Source of the DNA: Candidatus Latescibacterota bacterium
GTDB taxonomy: Bacteria > Latescibacterota > UBA2968
Direction of reading: 5' to 3'
DNA: 64,000 nucleotides
Assembly (NCBI GenBank): GCA_965204745.1
Contig: OZ242010.1
Coordinates: forward strand, 5,056,001-5,120,000
This document shows, piece by piece, positions 60,486 to 64,000 of this stretch. Positions within the stretch are counted from its first letter, which is position 1. Each line of letters starts with the position of its first letter. Position numbers and translations under genes: made by a program. The notes beneath the pieces are model-generated. The model ran no database searches and had not been told where the DNA came from. It saw nothing but the letters and a program-made list of their open reading frames with translations.

Positions 60486-61235
60486 ATGAACCTCGTTCAC
60501 ATTCGATTTGGGAATACCCTGAGCAGCCAAATTTATCGGGCGCGTCAGGCGCAACGCGAATTTCAGAAAAGGCGGGCGGCCCGTCCGTGCGATGTCCAAA
60601 TTGCCACGCGATCCAAAAATCCCGCTGCGGATTTGAAGGCGCGCTACTGGCCGAACGCGATGTACGCCAGCCTGTTGAGCACGGCACTCCTTTTCGCCAT
60701 CGCTTGGTTCTACCCGGAATACCATCCCACAATCCGCACGGCGCATGCACCGATGCGGGTCGTCAGACCCAATATTCCGGAAACGACCCAAAAAAAACGC
60801 CCGCCATCGCCGCCCCGTCCACAAGTGCCACTCGCCGTCGAGGGCGAGGAAGTGCCCGAAGACATCACGATTGAGTCAACCGAATTGGACCTCGACAACA
60901 TCGCCCTCCCCACTTTGGCCGGCGTGCCGAGCGCGGACTATTTGGACGAACCCATCGACTATCTCGAGATCGACTACAAGCCCCATCCCAACCGCATTGT
61001 CGTGCCGGAATATCCCCCCGAAGCCAGGGGAAAACGCTTTGAAGGCAAGGTCACGGTCAAAGTGCTGGTTGACAAAGAGGGCAATGTAGAGGACGTGCAG
61101 TTCGTACACGGGCCGGAAATCCTCAAGGAAGCGGCCCTCGCCGCAGCGCGACAATTTCGATTCCGCCCCGGCAAACACAAAGGCGAACGCCGCAAAGTTT
61201 GGATGTTTATGCCCATTGAATTTTCATTGAAGTAG
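60486..61235 (+). CDS. TonB-family energy transducer
   Basis: TM anchor, Pro-rich linker, P.YP..A....EG.V.V..LVD..G.V, F.PG. Confidence 0.85.
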   Translation: MNLVHIRFGNTLSSQIYRARQAQREFQKRRAARPCDVQIATRSKNPAADLKARYWPNAMYASLLSTALLFAIAWFYPEYHPTIRTAHAPMRVVRPNIPETTQKKRPPSPPRPQVPLAVEGEEVPEDITIESTELDLDNIALPTLAGVPSADYLDEPIDYLEIDYKPHPNRIVVPEYPPEARGKRFEGKVTVKVLVDKEGNVEDVQFVHGPEILKEAALAAARQFRFRPGKHKGERRKVWMFMPIEFSLK

Positions 61236-61301
61236 CGTGGCATTCATCCCATCAACTCGCCCGACCAATCGCCGCGCTATATTCCTTGAAAAGGAGACAC
61301 G

Positions 61302-61850
61302 ATGACACAGCAGAACTCGGAGGCCAGTTTTGGGCTTCAAGAAAGCGATTTTGTTGACGCAAAGGCCGTCAACCAAGCGACGATGGCGAATATCGACGCT
61401 AAAGTGGAAAACCCCCAACACAGCAAGACATTGGAGTTGCCCTATATCACGCAAGCCGACAATCGCTATTATCAATTTCGGTTTCACTTCTCGACCAGCG
61501 TTGAAGCCGCAATCGAGAGGTTTGGGGAAACGGCCATTATCAGAGCCCTCAACGCCCAACACCGAGTTAGGTTCGCGGCAATCGTCCGCGAAGGTGTCAA
61601 GGCAGGGCTTCCAGATGAACTCATCCAAGCGAGAATTGACCGCTTCCCTGCTTCTCCCAATACCGCGGCAGAAGCCGAGGAGATGAGAGAACGACTGGTC
61701 GAGACCGAGGCCGAACTCGCTCTCGCGAAAGCGCGGCAAGCCTTGGTGCAGGCCCTCACGAAAAACCAGCAGTTTGAGAGAATCCCCTCTGTTTTTTCTA
61801 TGGGTCTCTCTGCCATCGAGAAGGAACTAAGGAACTTTTCGGACGATTAG
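61302..61850 (+). CDS. Hypothetical protein with C-terminal coiled coil
   Basis: AAAGGAG RBS; 182-aa ORF; no recognised motif. Confidence 0.65.
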   Translation: MTQQNSEASFGLQESDFVDAKAVNQATMANIDAKVENPQHSKTLELPYITQADNRYYQFRFHFSTSVEAAIERFGETAIIRALNAQHRVRFAAIVREGVKAGLPDELIQARIDRFPASPNTAAEAEEMRERLVETEAELALAKARQALVQALTKNQQFERIPSVFSMGLSAIEKELRNFSDD

Positions 61851-61975
61851 ACTAATTATCCCCTTACTTCCCCTGTCCTCCCTCCCGCTCTGCACGCTGT
61901 TCGCCTCGCTCGGTGAACAGCATCCCTCCGGCCCCAACCGCGAGATGTATCGTTCTCACCGAGGAGCCATGCAAA

Positions 61976-62938
61976 ATGTCCGATTGGAAAACCCGCGCGT
62001 GGGATGGTAGCCCGATTCGCTATCCGGATCCCGCCATTGAAATACGGGATAAACGCTTTGAAAAATACGCCATTGGCAACGCCGCTGTCGAGCGGCTCTG
62101 CACGGGCCTGCGCTGGGGCGAAGGGCCTGTGTGGTTTGGCGATGCGCGTTGCGTGTTCTTCAGCGACATTCCCAACAATCGCATCATGCGCTGGCGCGAA
62201 AGCGACGGTCGCATCGATGTTTTTCGCGCCCCCTCCAATTACACCAATGGACACACCCGCGACCGCTCGGGCCGCCTCGTTTCCTGCGAACACGGCACGC
62301 GCCGCATCACGCGCACGGAATACGACGGGTCTCTCACCGTTCTCATCGACCGGTTTGAGGGCAAACCGCTCAACGCGCCCAATGACGTCGTCGCGCATTC
62401 CGATGGCAGTATCTGGTTCACGGATCCGGGCTACGGCATCATGCTCGATTACGAAGGCCACATCGCCGAATGCGAATTGCCCACCCGCGTCTATCGCCTC
62501 GATCCCAGCACTGGAAACGCCACGGTTGTCGCGGACGATCTCGCGCGGCCCAATGGCTTGTGCTTCTCGCCCGATGAAAAAATTCTCTACATCACCGATA
62601 CGGGCGCGTCTCACGGCATGGAGGGCCCGGCGCACATTCGCGCATTTGACGTGGAAAACACCCGCCTCAAAACCAGCCGCGTTTTCGCGGATATGAAGCC
62701 CGGATTTGCCGATGGCATTCGCTGCGACCTCGACGGCAATTTGTGGAGCAGTTCCGGCTGGGGCAAGCCCGAAGACGATGGGGTCAAAATTTTCGCGCCC
62801 AATGGCGATCTCATCGGAAAAATCCACCTGCCCGAACCCTGCTCCAACCTCTGCTTTGGCGGCCAAAAGAAAAACCGCCTGTTCATGACCGGCGGCATGT
62901 GTTTGTACGCGGTGTACGTGGAAGCCAAAGGCGTTTAG
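61976..62938 (+). CDS. SMP-30/gluconolactonase family protein
   Basis: W.EGPVW, FSDIPNNRI, NG..RD..GRL..CEH, N.PND, PNGL.FSPDE, DG...D..GNLW. Confidence 0.93.
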   Translation: MSDWKTRAWDGSPIRYPDPAIEIRDKRFEKYAIGNAAVERLCTGLRWGEGPVWFGDARCVFFSDIPNNRIMRWRESDGRIDVFRAPSNYTNGHTRDRSGRLVSCEHGTRRITRTEYDGSLTVLIDRFEGKPLNAPNDVVAHSDGSIWFTDPGYGIMLDYEGHIAECELPTRVYRLDPSTGNATVVADDLARPNGLCFSPDEKILYITDTGASHGMEGPAHIRAFDVENTRLKTSRVFADMKPGFADGIRCDLDGNLWSSSGWGKPEDDGVKIFAPNGDLIGKIHLPEPCSNLCFGGQKKNRLFMTGGMCLYAVYVEAKGV

Positions 62939-62949
62939 AAGGTGAGATT

Positions 62950-62986
62950 CAGTTGTCAGTTGTCAGTGGTCAGTGGTCAGTCCCCG
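62950..62986. repeat. Heptamer array (CAGTTGT/CAGTGGT)x4 with TCCCCG trailer
   Basis: Direct reading. Confidence 0.75.
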
Positions 62987-63029
62987 CCCTTCCAGCCCAA
63001 GGCCATGTATGTGCTGATCGCTCGTTTTG

Positions 63030-63137
63030 CTGACCGCCGAAATGCTGCTGGCGCGATTGGTTGAAGAAGAGATCGACTTGGACGAAGTGGCGCGCTTGCG
63101 CGAAAAACTCAAACGACATAAAGGGGGTTTGTCATGA
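63030..63137 (+). pseudogene. C-terminal remnant of a BlaI/MecI/CopY repressor
   Basis: AEMLLARLVEEEIDLDEVARLREKL; in-frame stop upstream at 63015; ATGA overlap with the next gene. Confidence 0.6.
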
Positions 63138-64000
63138 TCCAAACGCTGATCGATGCACTGCAACCCGGCGCCGCGTTTTTGATCGACGCCACGCTTAAAA
63201 CCACCGCGTTTCTCGGACTCGTCTCGTTCATCGCGTGGCTGTTGGACACGCGGCAATTCGCAAAGCGTAGCCTGCTCTTGGGTTGGGGCGTTGTCGGCAT
63301 GCTGATCATTCCGGTCGCGTCTTTGTTCCTGCCCTCTCTGCAACTGGATTCGCCCGCGCCGCACGCCGCCGATTCGGTCGTCGCGCGCCGAGTGTCTCCC
63401 GTGCAAGAGAATGTGACGCAACGAGTATTCGCCCCCCCGATTCCCGAATCGGCTTACGGCTTTGTCGGCCCATCTCCGGTTGCCGGGTCGATGGCGATTG
63501 GCAGTTTGACCACGGGCGAGGGCCAACCGCCGCAAGCCCCCATCGCGGTCGAAGGCGGCGTTGCAGTGACGGATACCAGCGGCATCGCGCGGCGCGAACT
63601 GCCGATGAAAATGCGCGATGGTCGCCTGTGGTGGCGCGGCAGAACCGGGCTGTACTTGCAAGATGGCGACTCATGGCAAAAATTCACCTTGCCAGAGGGC
63701 GGGTCATTCGACGCGTTGCTTGACTTCATGCAGGCGCGGGATGGCTCGATGTGGTTTGTAGGCAGGTACAAAAATCGCCCGGTGGTCGCGCATTTCACCG
63801 GCGAGACCTGGCGCTTGTGGGACAGCACAAACGGTTTGGGCGAAGGCAATATCGGATCCAACATCGCCGAAGATCGAGATGGCGGCATCTATATTCGCAA
63901 GGTGAATGACAGCATCACAGCCCCCGGAGGCCATGACCGCGTTGCAGGTGGCAAAGGCGTTTTGCACTTTGACGGCAAAACATGGCACAACTACACGGTG
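63134..64000 (+). CDS. BlaR1/M56-like membrane protein N-terminus followed by beta-propeller repeats (truncated by the window end)
   Basis: My translation: LIDATLKTTAFLG..AWLL..R..LL..G.VGMLIIP...LP, then RDG.MWF, IAEDRDGGIY, GV.HFDG..W..YT repeats. Confidence 0.65.
   Translation, partial: MIQTLIDALQPGAAFLIDATLKTTAFLGLVSFIAWLLDTRQFAKRSLLLGWGVVGMLIIPVASLFLPSLQLDSPAPHAADSVVARRVSPVQENVTQRVFAPPIPESAYGFVGPSPVAGSMAIGSLTTGEGQPPQAPIAVEGGVAVTDTSGIARRELPMKMRDGRLWWRGRTGLYLQDGDSWQKFTLPEGGSFDALLDFMQARDGSMWFVGRYKNRPVVAHFTGETWRLWDSTNGLGEGNIGSNIAEDRDGGIYIRKVNDSITAPGGHDRVAGGKGVLHFDGKTWHNYTV

Noticed and set aside
1-64000. tRNA, rRNA, integron integrase, reverse transcriptase or prophage genes
   Set aside because: None recognised by eye; tRNAscan and Infernal were not run.

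Overview
64 kb of a GC-rich diderm bacterial chromosome. The mix of LptE, TonB, GLUG/Calx-beta/FN3 surface protein, PhyH, sulfotransferase, P450, Uma2 paralogs and dense intergenic repeats resembles marine sponge-symbiont lineages such as Latescibacterota, Gemmatimonadota or Poribacteria; this is inference only. About 48 CDS or gene remnants are present, mostly catabolic enzymes. No rRNA, tRNA or CRISPR was seen. Main points: (1) An intact IS110 element (20846-22140) whose non-coding left end can be read directly as a bridge RNA. Its donor guides match the element's own circle junction exactly, and its right target guide matches the 7-bp tandem repeat it is inserted in. That heptamer array is itself bracketed by an 11-bp direct repeat. 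(2) A dsrM-like / dsrK-like / cysteine desulfurase / true CX10C dsrC cluster with no dsrAB in the window, a candidate cysteine-fed sulfur relay. (3) A layered set of non-coding repeats: TA-flanked MITEs with 16-bp TIRs, a nested 35-bp module, REP-like palindromes, heptamer arrays, a ~300-bp structured repeat and cassette-like direct repeats around accessory genes. These coincide with several gene deletions. (4) An orphan McrB, an orphan N4C-type methyltransferase, an HAO-like octaheme paired with a multiheme-HEAT-TPR lipoprotein, and a frameshifted ~2240-aa adhesin. All family calls come from reading motifs by eye; no searches were run.
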